Positions 47,269 to 61,360 of a stretch of 64,000 nucleotides of DNA are shown here, one piece after another. Each line of letters begins with the position of its first letter. Positions within the stretch are counted from its first letter, which is position 1. Source of the DNA: Hypanus sabinus (taxonomy: Eukaryota); assembly GCF_030144855.1 (NCBI RefSeq), contig NC_082706.1:115382001-115446000 (forward strand). The letters are read 5' to 3'. The notes below the pieces were generated by a model. That model was not told where the DNA came from. It searched no databases and worked only from the letters and a program-made list of their open reading frames with translations. Made by a program: the position numbers and the translations under genes.

Positions 47269-48582
47269 CAGTCGGCCCTCCTTATCCGCGGGTTCCGCAT
47301 GCGCGGATTCAACCAACTGCGGATCGGGAAAACCCGGAAATTCTCTCTCCAGCACTTGTTATTTGAGCATGTACAGACTATTTTTTCTTGTTGTCAGGAG
47401 CGGGGGCCAGATGGACCCAAACGCAGGACGCAGACACTGAAGTACTAGGGGGAGGACAGGATGGGGATGCGATGGCATGTAAGGGTTAATGCAGGCAGAG
47501 CTGGATCCAAGAGTTCAGACGGGGCAGGCAGGCGGGAGGATCCCAGAGTTCAGAGCAGGCAGATTCCTCATGGCGGGCCACAGGGATCCCGGGCAGGGCT
47601 GCCTCCCAGGTGGGTACACGGAAGCCTGGGTCAGTCACGAACACCTGGGCAGGTGCAGGGCACAACCCTTAGGGAGCAATAGGTGGAAGGGGCAGAACCC
47701 CCGCCAGGCAGCAGCAGTCCGGCCAGATCCGCCCGACTGAGGCAATGGGTAGGAAGCTCGGAATGGAACTGAACAACCACCCAGTCACCGTCCTACGGCC
47801 CCTTATAAACACCTGCAGCCAAATTGGCCACAGGTGTGCCTCCTTGATCCAGCATGATCTTAACAGGCTCAAAGGGGCCGGGAGGGACAGCTACAAGACC
47901 TGGAGTCCAGAGCACTCCGACTGGATCGAGACCCGGAACACAGATTCCGGACCGGACCAGACCCTGACACTTGTCGTTATTTCCTAAATAATACAATATA
48001 ACAACTATTTACATACATTGTATTAGGTATTACAAGTAATCTAGAGATGATTTAAAAGCACAGGCAGTCCCCGGGCTTTGAACAAGTTCCGTACCTGAGT
48101 CCATCTTTAAGTCGGATTTGAAGTCACAACAGGTACATCCAGTATTATTTAGCATCAATTAGTCAAACATTTGTTTCAGTATATAGTATACATTTTACCT
48201 TTCTATGCATATAAAACACTGAAGAAACGTATGCATTTCAATAATGAAACCACTGCGTTGCTTAGTAATAATTGTAGCTTTCATCGGGGAGTGCCTTTCA
48301 CATTCTCCATTAAAATTGTTCTGATCGTTGACCGACTGTAGCCTGACTCTTTTCCAATAACCAATGGTGCTTCACCTCTTTCCGATTGCTTTATTACTTC
48401 CACTTTATTTTCAATCGTGATCGTGATTATTTTCATGAACAGGAACACTGCGGATTCAGAGCTGTGCCAGGTCCTAAAGTCCTCTGCACTGGTAAGGCTA
48501 AATAAGGGACTTGAGCATCCGTGTTTTTTGGTATCCATGGGGGACCCGGAACCAATCCCCCATGGATAAGGAGGGCCGACTG
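47269..48582 (-). mobile_element. Tigger/pogo-type non-autonomous DNA transposon
   Basis: TIR CAGTCGGCCCTCCTTATCC (19 bp perfect), TA TSD at 47267-47268 and 48583-48584; CENP-B-type HTH remnant ITIENKVEVIKQSERGE..IG..GYSRSTIRTIL. Confidence 0.9.
47392..47969. mobile_element. GC-rich solo LTR nested in the Tigger element
   Basis: TGTCAGG...CCTGACA termini, 5-bp TSD CTTGT (47387-47391, 47970-47974). Confidence 0.88.
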
Positions 48583-49869
48583 TAATAGCTCCCTGAGCTG
48601 GGACCTACAGAAGGGACATTGTATTGCATTGGTTGTCATATTTATCATGGGTATGCTGGAATTTTAGGTGTCGGGCATGTCTGCACACCAGTATTCGCTA
48701 CCAGTGACTAATGCTTTTCTACTTCTGTGAAGGTCAACAATTGTTTCTCGCACTAAAATAAAATATTTATGTATTCTGTTCGTTTAATAGAAAAACATAC
48801 AGATGAATTAGCAAGACTCCCTAACTAGCCTCTATCTGAAAAAAAAATGGATGAACAGACCTCTATAATACACTATTTCTTAAGGTCCAAAACACTTTTG
48901 ATCTGACCTTTAAATAGTTATGTTCAGAGATAAGATCTTCTGCGAATCAGTGCTGTACTCAATACCTAATCTGTCAGAAACTTAGATGAAGAAAATTTTA
49001 CTCGACAGAGGAGTAAAATAAATTTTCACCAAATATTTTTATTTAATAAACATTGAACATTACCTTGAAAAGGCAAAGTCACCTCACAGAATCATGAGCT
49101 CTCGATTTTCTGTAAATCTATCATGGATTCTTAAACTCAGATATTCTGGAAATGTTGTGACACTAATAGCTGACAATTGAATCTTCTTGGCCCCTTTTGA
49201 TCCAATTTTGAAAGGACTACCTTCTGGAAGATAGAAGCAGCTTAAACTGGGGTAGCTGATGGCCAATATCAGTCTTTCTATGTAGTTCTTTTTTATCAAT
49301 TTATACCAATAGTTATTAGTCTTACATTCTGAGGCAACTCACCACATATTTTTTACTTTAAGAATCGAGTAGCACCATGTATCAGTGCATTGTACTGTAT
49401 TTACATCTATTCAGCTTTTGGGCTTAAACCCAATTAAAATTGAGAGAAGTCTGCTAATTAATTATACAGTATCAGATGAATTGGGATAAATGCAGCATTA
49501 AGTCAAGAAATGAACATCTACATTATTTCAACATACTTTGCTTGTTTAAAAACAAAAAAAAACACAAAGGGGTAAGGAAGGAAATAATCCGAAGTGATAA
49601 CTGAATAAAAATGTATGTTTGGATGGAAGCTTTGACATGATAAAGCATCCCATGACCTGCACAGGAATAGTTTCAAATAAGGTCTGTGACTGAGCCAGAC
49701 AAAGAAACATTGGCTTGGAAATTTGTTTGCTTAAATCCCTAAAATCTAGTGCTAAGTAAACAAACTGCGTTTAAAGCAAATTAAATTCTGTACATAACTA
49801 ATCAGAAGTTAACACTGGTAACATTTTTCCCCACGGCATCTAGAACACCTAATAGTAGTACAATATATA

Positions 49870-50030
49870 AGAGATCACTTTAATTAGGTGCTTGGTTAGT
49901 AAAGACATCAAATGTTATGGGGAGAGGCAGGAAAATTGGGTTGGCTGGAAGGTAACTCAGCTAAGATCAAATGGCAAAACAGACTTGGGGGTGCTGAACA
50001 GTCTAATTTTGCTCCTATGTCTTATGGTCC
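49870..50030 (+). mobile_element. CR1 3' tail
   Basis: GTCTAATTTTGCTCCTATGTCTTATGGTC terminus. Confidence 0.65.
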
Positions 50031-50924
50031 TATAAGACTGGCATTGTTCACTCACATTAACGATAATGCCAGGGTGAAAATGAACATTTTCATAGGGCTA
50101 AACACATTCCATTTATGTTCATACACTGAAAGTGCCTCAGTTCTTTGCAAAACAGTCTTTAAGTTAACTGATCCCTGTCAAAACCCTCAAAAGATGTGGC
50201 CAGAAATGCCAAGAGGAATCTCTTTTCACAGATGCACTAATGAATTTTAATAATGATTTAAGAACTTTACAATATCATCACAGGGAGATCATTAACACTA
50301 TTATCTTGTCAAAATATTGGTGCAAACATATTGCTATGCCATTATGACTAAATGCTGCTCGGAGAATATTGCTTTAAGAAGTGCCTTCAAAGAAAAGAGG
50401 GATGAAGGGAAAACATTTAGGAAGATAAGACTAGGATTGCCAACAATCTAAATGTAAGGAACTTTTTGTTCCTTATTTTAGAGGACTGCAATGTGCCAAA
50501 GCAGAAGATCAGGTATGTTTCTTTCAGGTTGTGTTAGGCTTCGTTAAGTGGGTCAGAGGCTAGGGGTCATGTTTGCAGACTGGACAGAAGTATTTGGTTT
50601 CTTCAATAACTTTGTGAGGAGTAATTATATTACATTGAAAGGAGGAGGTAAGATATAGATAGGGAGCCTCCTGTGTTGCCAAGGTAGGGAAATAGATAAC
50701 CGTAAGAAAATAGATTTTGGTAAGGAGCAGTGCCTTCAGAATGCTGAATGGGATAGGGAAGGGAATAATATGTTTGGCAGAGGCTCATGCCAGAATTTTC
50801 AGAAACTGTGGATCTATTAAATATGGAGAGAGGCTGCAAGATGAGGGGCAGGTGAATTAGGCAAAGTCTAGAAATCTGAAACAAAAACAGAAAATGCTGG
50901 AAAACCTCAAAGGTCAAAGGTTAC

Positions 50925-53900
50925 CGACGGCATAGGTAGGAAAAGGGAGGAGGTCCTGAAAACAGACTACAGGGAGTTAGGAAAGAAGTTGAGAAACAGG
51001 ACCTCAAAGGTAGTAATCTTGGGATTAATGTGATTGTGAGTACTGTATAGGAATAGAATCAGGCTGAGGGATTGGAGCAGGGGACAAGGATTCAGATTTC
51101 TGGACCATTGAGACCTCTTCTAGGGCAGGTGTGACTTGTACAAAAAGGACAGGTTGCACTTGAATCCGAGGGGAACCAATATTCTGGTGGGGAGGTTTGC
51201 TAAGGCTATTGGGGAGAGTTTAAACTAGAATTGCTGGGGGGTGGGAACCGAACTGAAGTGACGGAGGAAAGGGAGTTTGGAGACAATGCAAAAGGAAGGA
51301 TAGGCAGGTGATAGAGAAGGGACATGATCAGTCCAATGGTTTGAGATGTGTCTATTTTAATGGGAGGAGTATCATGAATAAAGCGGATGAGTTTGGAGCG
51401 TGGATCAGCACTTAGAACTATGATGTTGTGGCCATTACAGAGACAGGGATGGTGCAGGGGCAGTAATGGCTACTTCAAGTGCTAGGCTTTAGATATTTCA
51501 GAAATAATAGGGAGGAAGGCAAAAGAGGTGGGGGCGTGGCACTGCTGATCAGAGATAGTGTTGGGGCTGCAGAAAAGGAGGAAGTCATGGAGGGGTTGTC
51601 TACGGAGTTCCTGTGGGTGGAATTTAGGAATAGGAAGGGGTCAATAACTCTACTGGGTGTTTTTTTATAGACCACCCAATAGTAACAGGGACATTGAGGA
51701 GCAAATAGGGAGACAGATTCTGGAAAGGAGTAATAATAACAGGGTTGTTGTGGTGGGAGATGTTAATTTCCCAAATATTGATTGGCATCTCCCTAGAGTG
51801 AGGGGTTTAGATGAGGTGGAGTTTGTTAGGTGTATTCAGGAAGGTTTCTTGACATGTTATGCAGATAAGCCTACAAGAGGAGAGGCTGTACTTGATCTGG
51901 TATTGGGAAATGAACCTGGTCAGGTGTTAGGTCACTCAGTGGGAGAGCATTTTGGAGATAGTGATCACAATTCTACCTCCATTATCATAGCATTGAAGAG
52001 GGATAGGAACAAACAAGTTAGGGAAACATTTAATTGGAGTAAGGGGAAATATGAGGCTATCAGGCAGGAACTTGGAAGCATAAATTGGAAACAGATGTTC
52101 TCAGGGAAATGCACCGAAGAAATGCAGCAAATGTTCAGGGGATATTTGCGTGGGTTTCTGAGTAGGTATGTTCCAATGAGACATGGAAAGGATGATAGGG
52201 TACAAGATCCATGATGTACAAAGGCTGTTGTAAATCTAGTCAAGAAGAAAAGCTTACAATACATTCAAAAAACTAGGTAATGATAGGAATCTAGAAGATT
52301 ATAAGGCTAGCAGGAAGGAGCTTAAGTATGAAATTAGGAGAGCCAGAAGGGGCCATGAGAAGACATTGATGGACAGGAGTAAGGAAAACCCCAAGGTATT
52401 CTATAAGTATGTGAAGAGCAAGTGTATAAGATGTGAGAGAATAGGACCAATCAAGTGTGACAGTGGGAAAGTGAGTATGGAACCAGAGGTACTTAATGAA
52501 TACTTTGCTTCGGTATTCACTATGGGAAAGGATCTTGGTGATTGTAGGATGACTTGCAGTGGATTGAAAATCTTGGGCATGTAGATATTAAGGAAGAGGA
52601 CGTGCTGGAGCTTTCGGAAAGCATCAAGTTGGATAAGTCATCGTGACCAGATGAGATGTACTCCAGGCTGCTGTGGGAAGTGAGGGAGGAGATTGCTGAG
52701 CCAATGGCAATGATCTTTGCATCATCAATGAGGATGGGAGAATTGGAGGGTTGTGGATGTTGTTCCTTTATTCAAAAAAGAGTAGAGATAGCCCAGGAAC
52801 TTATAGGCTAGTGAGTCTCACTTCAATGGTTGGTAAGTTGATGGAGAAGATCCTGAGAGGCAGGATTTATGAACATTTGGAGAGGCATAATTTGATTAGG
52901 AATAGTCAGCATGTTTTGTCAAAGGCAGATTGTGCCTTATGAGCCAGATTGAATTTTTTGAGGATATGACTAAACACATTGATGAAGGTAGAGCTGTAGA
53001 TGTAGTGTATATGGATTTCAGCAAGACATTTGATAACATACCCTATGTAAGGCTTATTGAGAAAGTAAGGAGGCATGGGATCCAAGGGAACATTGCTTTG
53101 TGGATCCAGAACTGGCTTGCCCACAGAAGGCAAAGAGTGGTTGTAAACAGGTCATATTCTGTATGGAGGGTAGTGACCAGTGGTGTGCCTCAGGGATCTG
53201 TTCTGGGACCCTTACTCTTCGTGATTTTTATAAATGACCTGGAGTGGAGGGATGGGTTAGTAAACTTGCTGATGACACAAAGGTTAGGGGTGTTGTGGAT
53301 AGCGTAGAGGGCTGTCAGAGGATACAACGGGACATTGATAGGATGCAAAATTGTGCTGAGAAGTGGCAGATGGAGTTCAACCCAGATAAGTGTGAAGTGG
53401 TTCATTTTGGTAGGTCAAATATGATGGCAGAATATAGCATTAATGGTAAGACTCTTGGCAGTGTGGAGGATCAGACGGAGCTTGGGGTCTGAGTCCACAG
53501 GACTATGCAGGTTAACTCTGTGGTTATGAAAGCATACGGTGCATTGGCCTTCATCAATCGTGGGATTGAGTTTAAGAGCCGAAAGTTAATGTTGCAGCTA
53601 TATAGGACCCCTGTCAGACCCCACTTGGGGTACTGTGCTCAGTTCTTGTTGCCTCACTGCAGGAAGGACGGGGAAACCATAGGAAGGGTGCAGAGGAGAT
53701 TTACAAGGATGCTGCCTGGATTGGGGAGAATGCCTTATGAGAATAGGTTGAGTGAACTTGGCCTTTTCTCCTTGGAGCGACGGAGGATGAGAGGTGATCT
53801 GATAGAGGTGTATAAGATAATGAGAGGCATTGATCATGTGGATAGTCAGAGGCTTTTTCCCAGGGCTGAAACGGCTATCACGAGAGGGCATAGCTTTAAG

Positions 53901-54155
53901 GTGCTTGGATGTAGGTACAGAGGAGATGTTGGGTAAGTTTTTTAACACAGGGAGTGCTGGATGTGTGGAATTGGCTGCCAGCAGCGGCAATGGAGGCAGA
54001 AAGAATAGGATCTTTTAAGAATCCCCTGGATGGCTACATGAAGCTTAAAAAAATAGAGGGCTATGGGTAAAGTCTAGGTAGTTCAAAGGTAGGGACATGT
54101 TCGGCACAGCTTTGTGGGTTGAAGGGCCTGTATTGTGCTGTAGGTTTTCTATGTT
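50925..54155 (+). mobile_element. long CR1 LINE (ORF1 esterase C-part, ORF2 EN-RT, 3' UTR), frameshifted
   Basis: KKDRLHLNPRGT (SGNH); CVYFNGRSIMNK, VAITET, YRPP, GDVNFP, SDHN (APE EN); [27 protein letters not shown] (RT); tail GGGCCTGTATTGTGCTGTAGGTTTTCTATGTT. Confidence 0.95.
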
Positions 54156-54639
54156 TAAAGGTTCCTTCTTTAGCAAAGCCTGTATCCATATACAACTCTG
54201 AAATTTGTCTTCTCTTGACCGGGCATGAAGCAAAGAAAGAACATAAGAGTCATTCAAAGAGAAACATAAACCCTCCCACACAAAAATGAAAGGCAATATG
54301 ATCATCAGCTCCCCCCCACCCCCAAAACTTCTCCGTTCACACGAAACGGAACAGGGACATCGACCTTCAAAAACTCCCTTCAAGGAGGACAGACAGCATC
54401 CGTAGAATGAAAAACAAGGGTTAATCTTTCAGGCCAAGCATCCTTTATTAGAGTCAACACTTCAGAAACAGAACCAGGTTTAATATCACTGGCAAATGTG
54501 GTGAAATCAATGACGTATTTATTTGGCCAATGGTCCCTTGCCCATTGGCCAGGTAGCAGGAAAAACTGTGAGACAACTGATTAGCTATTTAGTCAAATCT
54601 CACGGTTCATTACTCTCTCAGTGGGAAATGCAAAGTAAA

Positions 54640-55140
54640 GGGAACCATTTATTCAATTAGATAGAGTGTCAACATTCCTACAAGGGTCAAGGAGCGATTG
54701 ATGTGTAACATGTGACATTGAAAACCCAAAAGACAACCCTTATATCAGAAATAGCTAAGGCTTTTGTTCAATGAACATGTGGTTAGTCCGAGATGCCTAA
54801 TTAGTGTGATCGCCTTATTACTCATGTTAATACTTTCAAGCCAAGAAGCTTTCACTATGTGTCTACTCACCATGCTTGCCACATCGACTCAGAGCCAAGT
54901 ATCAGGATGGAGGGTTGGCAGTCAGAGATATCCCCTGCAGTCATAGCTTATGACTCTAGTAATCCATCCGCAGACATGAGAGGAAAACAAATATAATGAG
55001 GCCCATGGGAAAAGGAAATCTTAGTAGAGCAGGCCATCGGCATTTTAAAGTGACAGTTTGATAAATGAAGGAAACTTAGAGCAAAGATCCCAATAATTGT
55101 TGTAGCTTATCGCACCTGCATAAAGATGTCATATAGTATC
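54640..55140 (+). mobile_element. PIF/Harbinger transposase fossil
   Basis: VQGAIDV*HV, GFCSMN, GWRVGSQRYPLQS*LMTLVIHPQT*EENKYNEAH, LVEQAIGILK*QF, KIPIIVVA..LHK: collinear with HARBI1-type motifs GAIDCTH, KG.HS.N, GD.GYPL..WLMTP, YN.AH, VE..IG.LK.RF, ACC.LHN. Confidence 0.75.
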
Positions 55141-56409
55141 TTTTGATGCTGAATTGAATGGCAATGATGAAAGGGGAGTGGATCCTCCATGCCACATTTT
55201 GTGGAAGTTGCACAGGAGAAAGAGGAAATTCTTCAGCCTGGTGGAAACAACAACTTGTGGCTGGGTGTCTTCACTAAATTAGATTTGAAAATTCAAACAA
55301 AATTCAATTGCCAACTTGACATACGTTGTTGGCTGATTCAGAAAGACTTCCATTTTGAGAAGTTCCTTGCACTGGTTAGTTATAATGCATAACATTTGAT
55401 ACCTTTAGAGGTGTTTGCAAATTTGCAATGCAACACATAACCTAATTCAGAGGCCTAAAATTGGAGTTTCTGTAGTTCTTGCTTGGATCTATTGTAAACT
55501 AGCTATATGCCATATTTCTTCAAAATCATCTGACACTGATCGGTTTTGTTCAAGTTAATAGGAGATTAACCACGACATGTGCAACTCCAGTTGTTGCGCC
55601 TATTTCTTATCACAACCTCTGCATCTCACACCATGTGCCTTTGTTGGTCATATTGCTAACCTACAAGAGGTTCCTTGGCTGATAAGATGTCGAGGATTAG
55701 GTGGTTAAAACATTTTAAAAGTATGTATAATTGAGAGGAACTCTAATTACAATTAGTCAGCAAGGAGTCTGCAAGTGTAAGGATGGAATTTTTGTTCAGT
55801 AGACCTCCAGTGACACTATTTGTGGCACTAGAAGATTCAGTGATTGATTATAAGCTGCACAAAGTGACCACGTCAACACACCTACTGTGACTTGTCCAAT
55901 TATTTTGTTACTAAGGTAGGATGTAGAGTATGACGTGCTATGATTATTCCTAAAATAGTCACAGCTGAATATTTACTTCAATTTACAAACCTGTTGTGCC
56001 TCACAATCACTATATGATCTTTTTGATTGCAAGTGGATATTTAAAAGTATCTTAATATCCTTATTTTTTAATACTGTACTGTATATACTGATATTATGAA
56101 GTTTGTCTATTGTTTATTTAAATCTCTCACTTTCAAAGGAAAACTCAATGATTTAAGATCAGTGAGCTACCCATGTTGTGCAACCCCCAGCCTGCTGAGC
56201 CCAAATTTACCTGGTGCACGTCCTTCAGCTGTGATTTCCTCAAGGACATTGGCTCTGACTTTGGCACAGGGATCAAGCAGAGGACAGAATTTTCTTATCG
56301 AAATATTGCTACAAGTGGATTAGTCTCCATGGTTGAATTGTTCTCAAAGTTGTCAATGAAAATTTGAATGTTGGTGGATGTGTAGCATTCATAAAGACCC
56401 AAATGACAT

Positions 56410-56630
56410 TAGACCATCAGACCATAAGATATTAGAGCAGAATTTGGCCATCCGGCCCATTGAGTCTGTTCTGCCCATCATTCATGGCTGATCTATTATC
56501 CCTCTCAACCCAATTCTCCTGTCTTCCTATACCCTTTAACACCCTTACTAATCAAGAACCTATCAACTTCCACTTTAAATATGCCCAGTGACTTGGCCTC
56601 CACAGCCATCTGTGGCAATGAATTCCTCTA
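56410..56630 (-). mobile_element. CR1 3' end
   Basis: GACCATCAGACCATAAGATATTAGAGCAGAATTTGGCCATCCGGCCCATTGAGTC. Confidence 0.75.
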
Positions 56631-57479
56631 CATTTTAAAAATGCTATTCCTCCTCCTTAAAAATGTTACTGAAATTAAAATAAAGCACAAGGAAAGGAAA
56701 ATACTATAGTAGTGAACTATTTTATATTGAATAACTTACGATGCGATTTATTTCTAAGTTACCTTTCCTCTTTACAGATTTTCCTCTTTGTTGTAATGAA
56801 GGGAGGTGGTGAACATTTACCAAATTAAAAATGATGTGGGTTCAGCTTGCAAATTTCCATTATAATTGCTGGGAAATAGCAAGCTGACGGCCGGCGGGAA
56901 ATACAAAGTCTGATTCAGAGTACAGTTAGAATGACAATGGTACAACCAGCTCTCTGAAATTTAATGCATCCACTTTTGAAAATGATTATGCCAGCATTCC
57001 ATATCTCTTGACAGTTACTGTACATCAGCAAATTTCAGCAACTGTACGAAGTTCTCTGGAAAATCTGGACCAAGAAGCTAACTTGTGTTAATGTTTTCAG
57101 TGGTTCAGGGACTATGTCAGATACTTTGCAATACTGGTGATGAGCCAAAGTGGAATTAGAAATGGATGAAGGTTACCAAAGCCAGCTACCAATGGAAGTT
57201 TCCCTACTTTTTGTGAACTAGTTGAATAACATTATTAACAAACAACCTTGTTAGAAAAGTTTCAAATTATTGTAGACAGAAGATGAAGTAGTTGTACCAT
57301 AGCCTTTTCCCATTTACCATTTGTGTTCGTATGAGAGGTGAGGAGATGATCCTTATTCATCTCATACTTACAGGCCATACAAGGTGTAACTTTTAACCTC
57401 GTACAACTGTGTAAAACATTCCTACAGAATGTAATAGCCTTTGGGTTTTGATCATCACACTTCCTATCTTTGCCATCTT

Positions 57480-57810
57480 CCTGGGTGCAACTGAGCCACA
57501 TTGCCACAGCTAACAGAGCAGTTGTCTCACAACACCAGCTGAACATTGACTTTCAATCCCATGAGCAAGAGTCTTGCCATTTTCTGTGGCTGAGTAGGCT
57601 TATATTTCCCCTATATCCCAGAGATATGTGGGCTGGTAGGTTAATCGGCTACTGTAATTACCCTAGATACAGTACAGTAACAGGCTGCTCAATTACTCTC
57701 ATGTAACAATTAACCTACTAATCCATTAGTCCTTGGAATGTGGGAGGAAACGAGAGCACCCGGACAAAACCCAAGTGGTCACGGAGAGATTGTACAACCC
57801 CTTACACGTT
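57480..57810. mobile_element. two decayed V-SINE fragments in opposite orientation
   Basis: CCCAGAGATATGTGGGCTGGTAGGTTAATCGG on plus; GGGAGGAAACGAGAGCACCCGG on plus is a minus-strand core. Confidence 0.5.
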
Positions 57811-58939
57811 GATAGGAATGTGGGATAGTGTAAGTGGATGCTTTTTTTCAGTGCTGTGTGTCTCTACAAAGTTTGGACCAGTTTCTTTTTTCTCTGTTCT
57901 GAGTCATCACAAGATCAAGCAGATCATGTCTTAGTTCAGACAGAAGGACATGCATTACAATATATTATAATTAATTCCAGAGCCCTTCCACCGCCCTGAT
58001 CCACAATGGTTCAATATTTGGCTGCTACCAGCTAAAATATATTCATTTGAATAGTTTCAATGCATTAAGTAGTACAGCATCAGTGAATTTTGCTCTTCCA
58101 GAGGCAGGAGACCCATGGGAAACAGTTTTATTGCAGCCATCCTGCTCTACATAACTATTGAATCACACAGTGGAAAATGCAAATCCCAGTTAATCAAGCT
58201 AATATAAAATAATGGACAAATGTTCAAAGAATAAAAGTTACTCTTGACAATGTAGTAAAATATGTAATATACATTTAACATTTATTAAACTATTCTCATC
58301 TATTTCCACAGAAGCATTAACTATTTAGAAGCAATTTGAAATGGAGAATTTAAAATAAATTCACACTCCATTGTAAAAAGAGCAGAGGGGGAATTTGATA
58401 CAAGGATAAATTGTTCTTAGATTTACATGCAGCTGTCTGCTCATGCCTTTATTAAATGTGCTTATTTTCAGTATTGTTGGAGAAAAGCTGTCATAGCTCA
58501 ATTCTTTCATTCCAGTGAAAAGATTGTCAAAAATATCTCATCCAGCACATGATTTGAGATTTTATACCTTTCCCTGTTACTACTACATTCCTCCCATCAA
58601 CAGTGGCAGAGGCCTAAAGATGTTCTCCACAGTGATTAATATTAATTCTAGGAGCAGGGGAAGCAGCATCACCAGGCAGAGAAACAATTGACATTTCACG
58701 TGAAGATCCTTCATTGGAATTGGAAAAGTGAGAGAAAAGGAGGGTAAAGTGAAGAGAACAGAGGTACATCTGTGATAGGGAGCAGGTCCAACATATTAAT
58801 GCCTGAAAGGCAGCATTAGCAACAGAGGGAAACAATATAATTAAACAAATTAAAATCACACTACATTCCCTCTGTTGTCACCATGCCTACCGCTTTCTGC
58901 AACTTTAAACACTCCCCTCACTTTTCCAGTTCTGATTAA

Positions 58940-60265
58940 ATGCCAAAGTCACAGCAATACAGCACAGGTACAGGCCCATCAGTGCAATGGGTCCATGCAC
59001 ATCCAGTTAGTTCCAGTTTCCATTATTTGACACTTATGTTCTTAGCATCCATCCAAGCACAGTGTTGTCTTTGCACACAGGTTGAATGCCCAAGATGGTC
59101 TGGTTTTTCATTGATTCTGTTGTGATTATTATTCTATTATGAACTTCCTGAGCAAGCCCACAAGAAAATTAATTTTGTAAGTACATATAAGTACATTGAT
59201 AATAAATTTACTTTGAACTTTATCTACCTATTCAAGTCCTTCTTGAATGATACTATTGTACCTACCTCAGCCACTTCCTGTGGCATCTTGTTTCATTTCC
59301 TTACTACCTTCTATGTAAAAATGTTGCCCTCAAGTCCCTTTTGAATCTTTCCCTCACAACCTAAATTTATACTCCTTAGCCTTAGATTCCCATACCTTGG
59401 GGTATAGACTGTTACTTGTGCTTTGTAACTCCAAAAACATTAAACTAATTAAAAAGAAAAGACAGGAGTCTGAAATGTGAGTCTAACTTCGTCTATAAGT
59501 GAGAAAAGCACATGTCATGTGGCCCAATGTATGCAATTTGTATATTTTTACATAAATCCTATAATGAATTATTTAGACAAACAAGCATGCTTAATCAAAA
59601 TATATTTACAATATTACTCTGATAATATTATGAGGAATAAAGATAAAGCCTGGCCAACTTCCCCACAGTTCAGGCCCTCTGGTCTTATCAACACCTTCAA
59701 ATCTTTCCAGTTTAACCATGTCTTTCCAATAACAGTGATCAACACTGCACAATATCCCAATTGAAGCCTCACCACTGACATAGAACTGCAATCTAAGTCC
59801 AACCCCTATACTCAATGCCCTGGCTGAAGGCCAGCATGCCAAGTGCTTTTATCAACCCCCACCCCCCCCACCACCGTCTACTTGTGATGCTACTTTCAAT
59901 GCACTAAGCACCTGCACTCCTTGGACTCATGTTCCTTTGCACTCTCTAGTGCACTATCACTCATAGTACAAGTCCTGGTTTGATTTACCAAAATGAATTC
60001 ATACTGAAATACATATGCTACTTCTTGGCCATCTTCCCCAACTGATCAAGCTCTCTCCAATCAGGCCCTGTGCATTTGTATCCAAATCATTTAAGCAAAT
60101 AATAAGGTCCACAGACTGACCCCTGCAGCACACACTAGTCACCATTCTCCATTCTGAGAAACCACCTTCAATCATCACCCTCTGCCTCCTACCTCTGAGC
60201 CAGTTTTGTCCCTGCGTTCCATGGGGTATAACTTTCCAGGCCAGCATATCACGCAGAACCTTGCG
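58940..60265 (-). mobile_element. decayed CR1 interrupted by a Rex-type tail (about 59090-59222) and an AT-rich LTR-like piece (about 59417-59630)
   Basis: NWLRGRRQRVMIEG.FSEW..VTS in ORF 59999-60247; QLGYCAV in 59614-59802. Confidence 0.65.
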
Positions 60266-61029
60266 TTAGGGATCATTCAAGATTTGTGAAATCATGGATA
60301 GCATCATTATGGATGAATTAAATGAGAACCAGTCTTCAGGAAATAAAACCTGCACACGATTTATCTTCCAGCAGATACTTTGTGGCTAGTGAAACCAGTC
60401 ATTTTTGTTGGAAATTCCCCATGCATTTTCAATGGGACAGTATCAGAAAGACAATGGATGAATATTCCTGCTATTGTTAAAACCCTATCCCTGACACTTA
60501 AGGCATAGTTGAAGACAGATCTGTTTTATCACTTAACCTTCTGGTTGGCTGTGTACTCGTCCTTCAACATGTAACAAAAGGTGTATATTACAGGTGTCTG
60601 GAGTTTGTACTGAGGGTTTTGGAAACAACGCCAATATTGAATATTCCAAGGTTCTGCTAGTTAGGACATGCTACCATTGTAAACAGATAAATTTGTAAAT
60701 TTACATGACTATATTCCTAGTATTAAAGTTAAGTAGGTGATCATTGCTATGGAAACAGTAATTTATCATTTATTGTTATCTTTCTGTTGAAGAAGTATAA
60801 AATATTGAGTTGGGAGAGTCAGATTATTTTAGATTCTCCTGGACTTTCCCTTCTGAAGGTTTAGCATTAAGAATTTAATTAAGACTTTTATTTCTCCCTG
60901 TTACAGCTTCCATTTGGCCCAGTTTTACTAAGTCACAACACTTGAAGGCCTTATTAAAGTTCAATAGAAAATATTCCCTGCCCTACTCGTGTGTACTTTT
61001 TTGTTACCTTTAACATGCATATCTTTTGC

Positions 61030-61360
61030 ACCTTCCCCCTCACCTGTATTGCTTATCACATGACAGCTTCTACTCCTTCCTCGTGCCTCCTCCCCTTGTT
61101 ATTCAGGCTTCTGCTCCCTTCCCTTCCATTCTTAATGAAGGATCTTGGCCAGAAATGTCAACTCCACAATAACCTCTAACACAAGGCTCTGCATGGTAAG
61201 CTGGTCTGGAAAGTTGTTTCCCATGGAACGCAGGGAGAGTTACTTAGATGGATTCAAAACTGGCTCAGAGAGAGGTGGTTGAAGGTTGATTCTTTCTCGG
61301 AATGGAGAACAGTGATTAGTGTGTGTTATGGTGGTCACTTTTGGGGACCTCATTATTTGC
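61030..61360 (+). mobile_element. PLE pseudo-LTR remnant followed by CR1 RT fragment
   Basis: TTAATGAAGGATCTTGGCCAGAAATGTC; HG.QGELLRWIQNWL. Confidence 0.5.
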
